A DNA stretch of 64,000 nt from Thermotogota bacterium. GTDB lineage: Bacteria > Thermotogota > Thermotogae > Petrotogales > Petrotogaceae. Each line of letters opens with the position of its first letter. The stretch's first letter is position 1. Positions 49,713 to 59,335 of this stretch are shown here, piece after piece. The notes under the pieces are model-generated. The model did not search any database. It was not told where the DNA came from and worked only from the letters and a program-made list of their open reading frames with translations. The position numbers and the translations under genes were made by a program. Where the stretch lies: assembly GCA_029780115.1 (NCBI GenBank), contig JAKOZG010000004.1, forward strand, positions 248,607 to 312,606, in the 5' to 3' direction.

Positions 49713-51449
49713 TTAAAGCCACTCTCTTTCTAAATAATGAGTATGTAATAATTGTTGTGCCTTTTCGCTTCCTGGTTTTTCTAGGTATTCGTTGTAAAGT
49801 CTTAATATATAAGGATTTTCGTGGGACTTTCTTATTATTTTAGTTCTATCTATAACATTTAATGCATCTATTCTTTTTTTGATTACTTCAAAATTACCAT
49901 GGTGATAAGGTTGACCTCCTCCTCCTACACAACCGCCAGGACAGGCCATAATTTCGATTAAATGAAGATCTATTTTTTTGTCTCTAATAGCTTCCAGCAA
50001 TTTTCGAGCGTTTCCTAAACCATATGCTACCCCAATTTTAATAATTTGACCGTTAATGTCTACTTCTGCAACTCTTAAAGATTCATAACCGTGTAAAGCT
50101 TGGAACTCAACCGTTCTTAATTCTCTTCCAGTTAACCACTCATATGTGGTTCTTAAAGCTGCTTCTGCAACTCCACCTGTTCTTCCAAAGATTGCAGCTG
50201 CCCCAGTCGATTCTCCAAGAGGGTTGTCGTAAGACCTTTCTGGAACAGTTGTAAAATTAATTCCTGCCTCTTTTATCATTTTTGCTAGTTCTCTAGTTGT
50301 TAATACGTAATCAACATCTTTATAATCTGGGCTGGAGTTTATTTCTTTTCGAGAAGCTTCGTATTTTTTGGCTAAGCATGGCATAATAGATACTACTGTA
50401 ATATTTTTAGGTTCCAGATTAGCCTTTTGGGCATAATAACTTTTTACTATAGCACCAAACATCTGTTGAGGAGATTTTGCAGAAGAAGGCATTTCTATTA
50501 AATCCGGGAATTGGTGTTCCAAAAACTTTATCCATCCTGGACAACATGAAGTCAGCATAGGTAGAAAACCGTCGTTTTCAAGTCTTTCTTTAAATTCTGT
50601 AGCTTCTTCAATTATAGTAAGATCTGCACCAAAGTTAGTATCGAAAACCTTGTCGAATCCTAGTAATTTTAATGCACCAACTAATTTTCCAGTAGAAATA
50701 GTTCCTGGCTCAAATCCAAACTCTTCTGCCAAGGCTACTCTGACAGCAGGTGCTGTCTGAACAACAACATGCTTTTTTTCGTTTACCAAATCTTTCCATA
50801 CGTAGTCAATATATGAATCCTCTTCTAATGCACCTGTTGGACATACTGCAACACACTGACCACAGAAAGTACAAGCCGTTTCTTCTAAAGGCAAATCAAA
50901 AGTAGGTTTAATAACAGCGTTGAATCCCCTCTCTACAGCTGATAAAACTCCTACTGTTTGAAAATCATTGCACATTGTTTCACATCTTCTACACATTATA
51001 CATTTATTAGGATCTCTTATAATTGCTGTGGAAATATCTTGTTTGTAGTTTGTTGTTTTTCCCATGAAAGGGTTTTTCACTATATTAAGTTCAGAAGCAA
51101 TTCTTTGAAGGTCGCACTCACCATTTTTTGGGCATTGCAAACAATCTTGTGGATGGTCTGATAGAAGTAATTGAATAGCAGTTCTTCTAGCTTCAACTGC
51201 TTGTCTTGAAAGTGTGTTTATTCTTAATCCTTCCGAAACTGGTGTAGTACAAGCTGGAGCTAATGATTTTCTACCTTCTATTTCAACCATACAAACTCTA
51301 CACGATGAAGGTTTATTTTCTATGTTAATATCCTTTAAATTTAAATAGCACAAAGTCGGTATGTAACCACCGAATTTTTGAACTGCAGTCAAAACAGTAT
51401 CATTTTCAGAAGCTTCAAACTCATCTCCATTTATATAAATTTTGGGCAT
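49713..51449 (-). CDS. hydA: [FeFe]-hydrogenase catalytic subunit (H-cluster plus N-terminal 2Fe-2S and 4Fe-4S ferredoxin domains).
   Basis: H-cluster motifs L1 TSCCPGW, L2 IMPCLAKKYE and L3 EIMACPGGCVGGGGQP. Cys-rich N-terminus. Confidence 0.9.
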   Translation of the reverse strand: MPKIYINGDEFEASENDTVLTAVQKFGGYIPTLCYLNLKDINIENKPSSCRVCMVEIEGRKSLAPACTTPVSEGLRINTLSRQAVEARRTAIQLLLSDHPQDCLQCPKNGECDLQRIASELNIVKNPFMGKTTNYKQDISTAIIRDPNKCIMCRRCETMCNDFQTVGVLSAVERGFNAVIKPTFDLPLEETACTFCGQCVAVCPTGALEEDSYIDYVWKDLVNEKKHVVVQTAPAVRVALAEEFGFEPGTISTGKLVGALKLLGFDKVFDTNFGADLTIIEEATEFKERLENDGFLPMLTSCCPGWIKFLEHQFPDLIEMPSSAKSPQQMFGAIVKSYYAQKANLEPKNITVVSIMPCLAKKYEASRKEINSSPDYKDVDYVLTTRELAKMIKEAGINFTTVPERSYDNPLGESTGAAAIFGRTGGVAEAALRTTYEWLTGRELRTVEFQALHGYESLRVAEVDINGQIIKIGVAYGLGNARKLLEAIRDKKIDLHLIEIMACPGGCVGGGGQPYHHGNFEVIKKRIDALNVIDRTKIIRKSHENPYILRLYNEYLEKPGSEKAQQLLHTHYLEREWL

Positions 51450-51467
51450 CTAAATATTACCTCCTGA

Positions 51468-52925
51468 TTAAACAATTTTAATTGCATTAAATCTACAAGT
51501 AGAATAACAAGAACCACACTTAATACATTTTGTTTGGTCTATAAAATGAGGTTTCCTCAATTCGCCACTTATAGCTTGTGTAGGGCAAACTCTTGCACAA
51601 GCAGTGCATCCTTGACAGTTTTGTGGAATAACTTCATATCTGATTAAATTCTTACAAATACCTGCAGGACATACCCTGTCTAAGATATGAGCTTTGTACT
51701 CATCTTCAAAATACTTAAAAGTAGAAAGAACAGGGTTAGGTGCTGTTTGTCCCAATCCACATAACGAAGAATTTTTTATAACATTGGAGAGAGAAATCAT
51801 TCTTTCCAAGTCCTCTAAATGGGCGTTTCCAGAAGTAATTTTTTCTAATATTTCTAACAGCCTGACATTACCAATTCTACAAGTTGTGCATTTTCCACAA
51901 GATTCATCAACTGTGAATTGAAGATAAAATTTTGCCACATCTACCATACATGTATCTTCGTCCATGACAATCATTCCGCCAGATCCCATCATTGATCCTA
52001 AATTTTGAAGACTATCATAATCTATTGGTGTATCGAGATATTCAATAGGAATACAACCGCCGGAAGGTCCCCCAGTCTGGACAGCCTTAAATTTTTTGTC
52101 TCCCTTAATTCCACCACCAATATCAAAAATAATTTCCCTTAAGGTTGTTCCCATGGGAACTTCTACTAAACCAACATTTTTTACGTCTCCAGCTAAAGCG
52201 AAAACTTTTGTGCCAGGGGAATTTTTAGTACCATATTGTCTGAACCAATCTGGGCCATTAAGTATTATAGGGGCAATATTAGCGAAAGTCTCAACATTAT
52301 TTATTAAAGTAGGTTTTCCCCATAAACCACTTGTAGAAGGAAATGGTGGCTTATTTCTAGGTTCGCCTCGTGATCCTTCAATCGAATGAATTAAAGCTGT
52401 TTCTTCTCCACATACAAAGGCACCAGCACCCAACCTAATTTCTATGTCAAAAGAAAAACTGGTTCCTAGAATATTTTCTCCAAGCAATCCAAATTCTTTT
52501 GCCTGACAAATAGCATTTTTTAATCTTTCAACTGCTAGAGGATATTCTGCTCTGATATAAATAATACCTTTTTTTGCTCCTACGGCATAACCTCCAATAG
52601 TCATTCCTTCAAGAACGGAATGAGGATCTCCCTCCAAAATAGATCTGTCCATAAAAGCACCAGGGTCTCCTTCGTCGGCGTTGCATATAACATATTTTTC
52701 ATCGCCTTTTGCTTGCATAGTAAATTTCCATTTTAAACCAGTTGGAAAACCCCCTCCACCTCTGCCTCGTAAGTTAGAAGAAGAAATAATATCAATCACT
52801 TCTTCCCTCGTCGACTCAAGAGCTTTTGCTAGCGCTAAATAACCATCGTTTTTTAAATAATCTTCTATATTTTCCGGATTAATATTTCCAGCGTTTCGTA
52901 ATACAATACGTATTTGTTCACACAT
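51468..52925 (-). CDS. hydB: Hydrogenase NAD(P)H-binding flavoprotein subunit (NuoF-like, with C-terminal 2x[4Fe-4S] ferredoxin domain).
   Basis: NuoF-like FMN/NADH motifs [15 protein letters not shown] and [13 protein letters not shown]-terminal CxxCxxCxxxCP. SD GGAGGT 8 nt before the ATG. Confidence 0.9.
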   Translation of the reverse strand: MCEQIRIVLRNAGNINPENIEDYLKNDGYLALAKALESTREEVIDIISSSNLRGRGGGGFPTGLKWKFTMQAKGDEKYVICNADEGDPGAFMDRSILEGDPHSVLEGMTIGGYAVGAKKGIIYIRAEYPLAVERLKNAICQAKEFGLLGENILGTSFSFDIEIRLGAGAFVCGEETALIHSIEGSRGEPRNKPPFPSTSGLWGKPTLINNVETFANIAPIILNGPDWFRQYGTKNSPGTKVFALAGDVKNVGLVEVPMGTTLREIIFDIGGGIKGDKKFKAVQTGGPSGGCIPIEYLDTPIDYDSLQNLGSMMGSGGMIVMDEDTCMVDVAKFYLQFTVDESCGKCTTCRIGNVRLLEILEKITSGNAHLEDLERMISLSNVIKNSSLCGLGQTAPNPVLSTFKYFEDEYKAHILDRVCPAGICKNLIRYEVIPQNCQGCTACARVCPTQAISGELRKPHFIDQTKCIKCGSCYSTCRFNAIKIV

Positions 52926-53049
52926 TATTTTACCTCCACTTATATAACTAATTCTATTTTTGATATTATGAAATGCTAGTAGCTAATTTATTATTTAGAT
53001 AAATTCTAAATTTTTAACGCAATTTGCTTTCTTTCTTCTTTTTAAAAGG

Positions 53050-53100
53050 GAAAGTAAGAGGGCTGCCGCCCTTGAACCCGCTTAAATTTAAAACTCAGCT
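53050..53100 (-). repeat. Copy A of a conserved intergenic element. Minus-strand core TTTAAATTTAAGCGGGTTCAAGGGCGGCAGCCCTC.
   Basis: Near-identical core to copies at 56700-56790, 59105-59165 and 59195-59262. Same orientation relative to the flanking minus-strand genes. Confidence 0.8.
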
Positions 53101-53112
53101 TCTAAAGATTGA

Positions 53113-53490
53113 CTACAAAACTATCTTATGAGTTTCATGGACAATAAGTTCTTTCACTATTTTTCCTTCCATTAAATGATTATAAACAATATCATGAACC
53201 TTAGATTTTGTTACAAAACCATATAATATAGGTTCTTTTCCTGGTTCATTAACTTCAACGGTAGGTTCGGCATAACAATATCCCAAGCATCCTGTTTTTA
53301 TTACTTCTACGTTTTCTAGTTTAGTTTCATTAATAACTTTTAATAACTCATTAAAAGTTTCCTCTGCCCCAGAAGAGATTCCACAAGTTCCTAAGGCTAC
53401 CTTCAAATAAGTAGTTTTATTTTCACTATCATTTTTTTTAAGAGTAGCTACCAAATTTCTTAATTCATCGATACTATTTAACTTAGACAC
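53113..53490 (-). CDS. Thioredoxin-like ferredoxin-fold small protein. Possibly a detached N-terminal domain of HydB, since HydB homologues in related taxa are about 140 aa longer.
   Basis: 125 aa with NuoE-like CGIS...GCLGYCYAEP pattern, but only 3 Cys. Lies between hydC and hydB on the same strand. Confidence 0.55.
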   Translation of the reverse strand: MSKLNSIDELRNLVATLKKNDSENKTTYLKVALGTCGISSGAEETFNELLKVINETKLENVEVIKTGCLGYCYAEPTVEVNEPGKEPILYGFVTKSKVHDIVYNHLMEGKIVKELIVHETHKIVL

Positions 53491-53630
53491 AAAAGTTCCC
53501 TCCTATTTTATAAAGGTTTTAGATTAACATTTTTGAAAAAAGGTTCTTCATTGGGTAAGATTTCGCTGTGTTACATTTTAATTTCAAGGTATTATTATTC
53601 ATAAAATCTATCTTCTTCTAAGGTTTTTAT

Positions 53631-54137
53631 CTATTGATTTTCTTTACTTGTATATTCTCTAATAATTTTTCTAACATCTGAAACTTTTAGTCTCCCGTAA
53701 GTATCTTCACCAATTTTTACAACTGGAGCTAGACCACACGCACCCAAACATCTAACTGGATGAATTGAGAATAAACCATCTTCTGTAACTTCCTCTGGTT
53801 CAATATTTAAAAATTTTTTAAATTCATCATAAATTAAGTTTGCCCCCGCAACATAACAAGCGGTCCCCAGACAAATATTAATAGGATATTTTCCACGAGG
53901 TTTTGTAGAGAAAAAATTATAAAATGTAACTACTCCATATACTCTAGAGACGTGTATTTTTAGTTTCTGTGCAATGAGCTTCTGAACTTCTGTTGGAATA
54001 TAACCTATATTTTCTTGTGCTTTATGAAGAATTTGAATGAGCAAGCTTTTTCTTTGTTCATCGGTATAACCCTCTACATCTATTGATTCAAGATATTCTC
54101 GGAATGTTTCTAATTTGTGTTCATAAACTTTTTCCAT
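53631..54137 (-). CDS. hydC: Hydrogenase NuoE-like [2Fe-2S] subunit.
   Basis: NuoE motifs ICLGTACYVAG and VRCLGACGLAPVV. Length 168 aa. Confidence 0.85.
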   Translation of the reverse strand: MEKVYEHKLETFREYLESIDVEGYTDEQRKSLLIQILHKAQENIGYIPTEVQKLIAQKLKIHVSRVYGVVTFYNFFSTKPRGKYPINICLGTACYVAGANLIYDEFKKFLNIEPEEVTEDGLFSIHPVRCLGACGLAPVVKIGEDTYGRLKVSDVRKIIREYTSKENQ

Positions 54138-54348
54138 GAAAAGTTATCCTCCTTACTTAAAATAATAAGTTAAAAAATTCACTTAAAAAATATATAAATT
54201 TTCAAAAATTCTATCATACTTTTAAATAAAAAAGTTTAAAAAAATCTGAAAAGCTTATTACACTTTTTACTAAATATTATCTACTAAATTTTATGTATAT
54301 TTCAATTGAATACAAAATTATTTTAAAATTTTTATTAATAACTATTTT

Positions 54349-55494
54349 TTAATAATTGATCCAAACACAACCTTTGTTTGTACTTTCCACACATTTTTCT
54401 ATAAAACGCATGCCTTGAACACCATCTTCTACAGTTGGAAAATCCAAATCTGCAGAAGTTAAAATCTCACCTTGTTTTTTCTTATGAATTGCATTAACAA
54501 ATTTATCATAGATTCTAGCAAAAGCTTCTACATATCCTTCTTGATGGCCACCTGGGGCAACATATTCTGTTTTTATAGAATCATTTATCTGATCGCTTCC
54601 TCGAGATATAATTTTAAATGGTTCATCGATTGTCGATAATTTTAGATAATTTGCATGTTCTTGAGACCATTCTATAGAACCTTTGGTACCGTATATACCA
54701 AAATTTAAGTTGTTTTCATGTCCAACGGCAATTTGTGATGTCCAATAGATACCTTTGGAATTATTATCATAATTTACAAGAATGGAGGCATTATCGTCAA
54801 GTCTATCTTCTTCTATGAATTTATCCATTCTAGCACATAAAGAATTTATCTTTAGACCGCTAACAAAAGATATCAAATTTTCAACATGAACTCCGATGTC
54901 TGCAACACAATTTGACAATCCAGAAATATTAGGATCTGATCTCCATTCATGACGTGGGATTTTACCCTTATAAGGAACTTTTGCCATCCATTCACTTATA
55001 TACTGTGCATTTACAAATCGCACCTCACCAATTTTTCCGCTTTTTACTAGTTCTCTTGCATATCTAACCATTGAATAACCAGTATATGCATAAGAAACTG
55101 CGAAAAGTAAATCTTTTTCTTGTGCTAATTTTTGTAATTCTAATGCCTGATCCAACGTAACTGTTAAAGGTTTTTCGCACATGACATTTATTCCATTTTC
55201 CAGAAAACTTTTAGCAATCTCATAATGAGAATTGTTAGGAGTCACTATAACAACGAAATCTATTTTATCAGGTCTTTTTCCTTCTTCTTCTGCCATTTCA
55301 GCGTAATTTTTATATAATCTTTTTTCATCAAGCTTTAATTCTTTACCTGTAGCCAATGTATTTTTAATATTTCTGGAAAAAGAACCAGCTACTAATTCTG
55401 CCTTCCCATGAAGATTTAAAGCTTTTCGATGAATAGTTCCTATCTGAGATCCTCTTCCTCCACCAACCATTCCATAGATAATCTTTTTAGCCAT
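54349..55494 (-). CDS. Gfo/Idh/MocA-family NAD(P)-dependent oxidoreductase. Start at M8 of the ORF, preceded by GGAGG.
   Basis: N-terminal Rossmann YGMVGGGRGSQIG. EKPL motif CEKPLT. Paralog of the upstream gene. Confidence 0.8.
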   Translation of the reverse strand: MAKKIIYGMVGGGRGSQIGTIHRKALNLHGKAELVAGSFSRNIKNTLATGKELKLDEKRLYKNYAEMAEEEGKRPDKIDFVVIVTPNNSHYEIAKSFLENGINVMCEKPLTVTLDQALELQKLAQEKDLLFAVSYAYTGYSMVRYARELVKSGKIGEVRFVNAQYISEWMAKVPYKGKIPRHEWRSDPNISGLSNCVADIGVHVENLISFVSGLKINSLCARMDKFIEEDRLDDNASILVNYDNNSKGIYWTSQIAVGHENNLNFGIYGTKGSIEWSQEHANYLKLSTIDEPFKIISRGSDQINDSIKTEYVAPGGHQEGYVEAFARIYDKFVNAIHKKKQGEILTSADLDFPTVEDGVQGMRFIEKCVESTNKGCVWINY

Positions 55495-55511
55495 GTTATG
55501 GCCTCCTTCAA

Positions 55512-56606
55512 TCAAAATTTAACCCAAGAACTTCCTTTTTTAGTACTTTCTATACATTTTTCTATAAATTTCATGCCTCTTACACCAGCGATAACACTTT
55601 GAAAGTTCGAGTTATTGTTATTAATTTTCTTACCATTCTTTTTATTTATTAGATCTGTTATAAAAAGAGAATAAGTGTTTTTGAAGCCTGCATTTGTACC
55701 TTCTAAAATTTCTTCTTCTTTTTTTATTAGTTTTAGTGAATCTTCAAAGAAAATTTTTATAGTGTTTGCTTCTTGAAGATCCCATTTTAAAGTTCCTTTG
55801 GAACCATAAAGTGAAAAGTTAAAATTGTTTTTTTCTCCTATGGCTATCTGAGACATAAAATAAATTCCTCTTGAACCATCTTTAAAATTTACCATAACTA
55901 TCGAATTATCTTCCAGCTTTCTTGATTTTACAAATGCATCTAATATTGCGCACAACGATTCGATTTCCTTTTCTGTTAAGTAAGAAATCATATTTTCCAC
56001 ATGACTTCCAATGTCAGCAGTTGTGTTAGCCAAACCACTTTGAGAAGGATCTAAACGCCACTGAGCTTGTTTATTTTCATTTTCCACAGGTTCGGCCAGC
56101 CATCCTTGAAGATACTGAGCATTTATCATTCTGATAGTTCCTATTTCGCCAGATTGAATCATTTTTTTTGCTTCTTGAATAATAGGAAAACCAGTATAAG
56201 AGTAAGTTACGCAGAATAGTAAATCCTGTTTATTTGCTAAATCTTTAAGTTCTTCGGCTTCTTTTAGAGAAGTAGTTAAAGGTTTTTCACAAACAACGTT
56301 TATTCCATTTTCTAGAAAAGCTTTAGCTATTTTGTAATGAGAGACATTTGGCGTTGCAATAACCACAAAATCTATCTTTGGCTTCTTCTTACTTTCTACT
56401 CTAATCATTTCTTGATAATCTTTGTACAGCCTTTCTCTTCTTATTTTCCACTCTTTGCCTGTCTGAAGTGTTTTCTTAAAATCTCTTGAAAAGCAACCAC
56501 TAACAATTTTTGCCCTTCCATCTAGTAGGATAGCGTTTCTGTGAGATTCTCCAATCATAGAATCTATAGCTCCGCCTACCATTCCGTAGGTTAATTGAGT
56601 ATCCAT
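55512..56606 (-). CDS. Gfo/Idh/MocA-family NAD(P)-dependent oxidoreductase. Start at M13 of the ORF, preceded by AGGAGG.
   Basis: YGMVGGAIDSMIG. CEKPLT. About 45% identical to the downstream paralog. Confidence 0.8.
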   Translation of the reverse strand: MDTQLTYGMVGGAIDSMIGESHRNAILLDGRAKIVSGCFSRDFKKTLQTGKEWKIRRERLYKDYQEMIRVESKKKPKIDFVVIATPNVSHYKIAKAFLENGINVVCEKPLTTSLKEAEELKDLANKQDLLFCVTYSYTGFPIIQEAKKMIQSGEIGTIRMINAQYLQGWLAEPVENENKQAQWRLDPSQSGLANTTADIGSHVENMISYLTEKEIESLCAILDAFVKSRKLEDNSIVMVNFKDGSRGIYFMSQIAIGEKNNFNFSLYGSKGTLKWDLQEANTIKIFFEDSLKLIKKEEEILEGTNAGFKNTYSLFITDLINKKNGKKINNNNSNFQSVIAGVRGMKFIEKCIESTKKGSSWVKF

Positions 56607-56699
56607 TGGTTTTTTCCTCCTAAGAATTGATGTTTTATACACTTTGGAAATTCAAAAATCTTTATTTTTAAAGGGTAATAATTGATGAGTTCTTTAACA

Positions 56700-56790
56700 A
56701 ATTCGGTACTTGTACCGAGAGAAGATAAAGGGCTGCCGCCCTTATACCCGTATAAATCTAAAACCTTATTTTTGAAAATCTTTGTTTCTA
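56700..56790 (-). repeat. Copy B of the conserved intergenic element: extended prefix AAAGATTTTCAAAAATAAGGTTTTAG, core, and suffix CGGTACAAGTACCGAATTTG.
   Basis: Shares the GGGCGGCAGCCC hairpin core with copies A, C and D. Shares the prefix with C and the GGTAC...GTACCGAAT suffix with D. Confidence 0.8.
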
Positions 56791-56856
56791 AAGTGTGTAT
56801 TTAGGTTAGTTTAATTATATAATATTTTATAGTGAAGGAAAAATATTTCTACTCCA

Positions 56857-57774
56857 TTAATTTATTTTATTGATTTCATAAGGTGTTTCTTGATATACAT
56901 AATAGTTTAACCAATTGCTAAACAATAAATAAGCGTGGCTTCTCCATTTTACTATTGGTTCCCCATTGGGATCATCATTAGGAAAATAATTTTTTGGAAG
57001 GGGTATATCTAGCCCTTTATTTAAATCTCTTTCATACTCTTTTTTCAAAATTACTGGATCGTATTCCGGATGGCCGGTTACAAATACTTGTCTTCCATCT
57101 ACTTTTTCTATTAAGTATACTCCAGCGTCTACTGATTCAGAAATAATATTTAATTCAGTAATTGGTTCTATATCTTCTCTTTTTATTTCTGTATGTCTTG
57201 AATGAGGTGCCCAAAATATGTCATCAAAACCCCTTACCAATTTACAACTTATATCGTTTACTGAATGCTCAAAAACGCCAAATATTTTTTTATTAACAGG
57301 ATATTTATTTATACCATAGTATAAATATAATCCTGCTTGGGCTCCCCAACAAAGGTGTAAAGTTGAAAAAACATTATTTTTAGACCATTTCATAACTTCT
57401 TTTAATTCTTCCCAATAATCTACTTCTTCAAAATCTAAAGTTTCAACAGGAGCGCCTGTAATAATCAATCCATCAATTTTTTTGTATTTAATTTCAGAAA
57501 ACGTTGTATAAAAAGTCCTAAGGTATTCTTCTGAAGTATTTTTTGATTTGTGAGAGATCATTCTTAATAAAGAAACATTTACTTGTAAAGGTGTGTTTCC
57601 TATAAGTCTAAGGATTTGAGTTTCTGTGACAATTTTTGTGGGCATTAAGTTTAAGATTATAATTTCTAAAGGCCTAATGTCCTGATGTATAGCTCTTTCC
57701 TGAGACATTACGAAAACATTTTCTTTTTTTAATATTTCCCCAGCGGGTAGATTCGCTGGAATGTTTATGGGCAT
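56857..57774 (-). CDS. metA: Homoserine O-acyltransferase (MetA family).
   Basis: [31 protein letters not shown]-terminal hallmark. Length 305 aa. Overlaps metY by 10 nt. Confidence 0.85.
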   Translation of the reverse strand: MPINIPANLPAGEILKKENVFVMSQERAIHQDIRPLEIIILNLMPTKIVTETQILRLIGNTPLQVNVSLLRMISHKSKNTSEEYLRTFYTTFSEIKYKKIDGLIITGAPVETLDFEEVDYWEELKEVMKWSKNNVFSTLHLCWGAQAGLYLYYGINKYPVNKKIFGVFEHSVNDISCKLVRGFDDIFWAPHSRHTEIKREDIEPITELNIISESVDAGVYLIEKVDGRQVFVTGHPEYDPVILKKEYERDLNKGLDIPLPKNYFPNDDPNGEPIVKWRSHAYLLFSNWLNYYVYQETPYEINKIN

Positions 57775-59081
57775 TTACTTCCATGCTCCCTTTGAGAGGT
57801 AGTAGCTTTGGTTAATGATAGGTTTATATCTTCTATTAAATCCTCTATATCTTCTAAACCCACAGATAGTCGAATCATATCCTCTGTAACGCCAGAAGCC
57901 AGCTGTTCCTCTTTAGTCAGTTGTTGGTGAGTAGTAGAAGCTGGATGAATAGCCAAAGATCTGGCATCTCCTACATTGGCAACGTGCTGAAAAAGTTCTA
58001 AATTTTCTATAAATTTTCTTCCTGCTTCTAACCCCCCCTTCAACCCGAAAGTTAAGATTCCTCCAAATCCGTTTTTCAAAAAATTCTTTGAATTATTATA
58101 AGTCTTATGATCCTCTAGTCCTGGATAATTAACCCAGTTAACCCTTGGATCATTTTGTAAATAATGAGCTATTTGTAAAGCGTTAAAACAATGCTTTTGC
58201 ATCCTTAGACTTAAGGTCTCTAAGCCTTGTAATATCAAAAAGGAATTAAAAGGGCTGATTGTGCACCCTATATCTCTTAAAAATTGAGATCTAGCTTTTT
58301 GTATATAAGCGGCATTTCCAAATTTTTCGAAAAAGTTTACACCATGATATGATGGGTCTGGTTCACTTAACTCAGGAAATTTTCCATTGTTCCAATTAAA
58401 GTTACCACTGTCTACAATGATTCCACCAATACAAGTACCATGCCCGTTCATGTACTTGGTTAAAGAATGAATTACTATATCGGCGCCAAATTCAAAAGGT
58501 TTGCATAAATAAGGTGTTGCAAACGTATTATCGACAATTAACGGAATTCCATTTGTATGTGCTATTTTAGATATTTCTTCAAAATTTGGTACAGACAATT
58601 CTGGGTTGCCTATGGTTTCAACATACACTAACTTTGTTTTATTAGATATTTTTTCTTGTAAATCTTGAAGATCTGTAACATGAAAAGAATGTGTTGTTAT
58701 GCCCAGTCTTCCTAATGTATTTTTAAATAGAGTGAAGGTACCTCCATATAGAGAGCTGCTGCACAAAATTTCATCTCCTGCTTTTGTAATATTTAAAACA
58801 GCGATAGTTTCAGCAGCTTGACCAGAGGCGGTAGCCAAAGCTCCTACTCCTCCCTCCAACGCGGCAACACGCTTTTCCAAAACTTCTGTAGTTGGATTTT
58901 CCATTCTTGTATAAATATTTCCACTCTCTTCTAAAGAAAAAAGTCTAACCGCATGATTGGTATCTTTAAATTTGTAAGAGGATGTTTGATAGATCGGAAC
59001 AACATTTGAACCGGTTGTAAGATCTGAATTGTATCCGGCATGAATCATTAAAGTATCGAATTTGTAATTCTTTTTTGTCAT
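57765..59081 (-). CDS. metY: O-acetylhomoserine aminocarboxypropyltransferase (sulfhydrylase), PLP-dependent.
   Basis: PLP-lysine context [12 protein letters not shown]. Cys/Met gamma-synthase family. SD AGGAGGT 7 nt upstream. Confidence 0.85.
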   Translation of the reverse strand: MTKKNYKFDTLMIHAGYNSDLTTGSNVVPIYQTSSYKFKDTNHAVRLFSLEESGNIYTRMENPTTEVLEKRVAALEGGVGALATASGQAAETIAVLNITKAGDEILCSSSLYGGTFTLFKNTLGRLGITTHSFHVTDLQDLQEKISNKTKLVYVETIGNPELSVPNFEEISKIAHTNGIPLIVDNTFATPYLCKPFEFGADIVIHSLTKYMNGHGTCIGGIIVDSGNFNWNNGKFPELSEPDPSYHGVNFFEKFGNAAYIQKARSQFLRDIGCTISPFNSFLILQGLETLSLRMQKHCFNALQIAHYLQNDPRVNWVNYPGLEDHKTYNNSKNFLKNGFGGILTFGLKGGLEAGRKFIENLELFQHVANVGDARSLAIHPASTTHQQLTKEEQLASGVTEDMIRLSVGLEDIEDLIEDINLSLTKATTSQREHGSKCP

Positions 59082-59104
59082 ATTTGTACCTCCTTAAAAT
59101 TTGG

Positions 59105-59165
59105 TGAGGGCTACCGCCCTTTAACCCATTTAAATTAAAAACCTTATTTTAAAAATCTTTATTTC
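59105..59165 (-). repeat. Copy C of the conserved intergenic element. It lies immediately upstream of the metY SD.
   Basis: Minus strand: AAAGATTTTTAAAATAAGGTTTTTAATTTAAATGGGTTAAAGGGCGGTAGCCCTCACC. Confidence 0.8.
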
Positions 59166-59194
59166 AAAATAGCATTAATTAGTTCTTTTTTACA

Positions 59195-59262
59195 GATTCG
59201 GTACCCGTAACAAGAAGAGTGAAGAGCTACCGCCCTTTAACCCGTTTAAATTTACAAATCAT
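59195..59262 (-). repeat. Copy D of the conserved intergenic element. The core is slightly degenerate and it carries the GGTACCGAAT suffix.
   Basis: Minus strand: TTTAAACGGGTTAAAGGGCGGTAGCTCTTCACTCTTCTTGTTACGGGTACCGAATCTG. Confidence 0.75.
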
Positions 59263-59288
59263 AAGTTTTTTTGAGTAATAAAAAAATA

Positions 59289-59318
59289 AAAACCTCTTTT
59301 TAAGATGAGAAGAGGTTT
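59289..59318 (-). terminator. Expression-platform terminator of the SAM-I riboswitch: AAACCTCTT-loop-AAGAGGTTT followed by TTTTATTTTTTT on the minus strand.
   Basis: 9-bp stem plus U-run about 20 nt downstream of the aptamer P1 3' strand. Confidence 0.75.
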
Positions 59319-59335
59319 TTATTATTGTTTTTCCT

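Noticed and set aside
54138-54348. Search for a Rex operator (TTGTGAA-N4-TTCACAA) upstream of the hydrogenase genes
   Set aside because: No convincing Rex-like palindrome was found in the hydC leader or elsewhere near the hyd genes. Isolated TTCACAA half-sites, such as the one at 18372 upstream of hslV, lack a partner half.
53050-59262. Whether the four repeated motif copies could be a CRISPR array
   Set aside because: The copies are irregularly spaced (about 3.6 kb, 2.4 kb and 30 nt apart). They are separated by genes, not by uniform spacers. They differ in length and have no adjacent cas genes.
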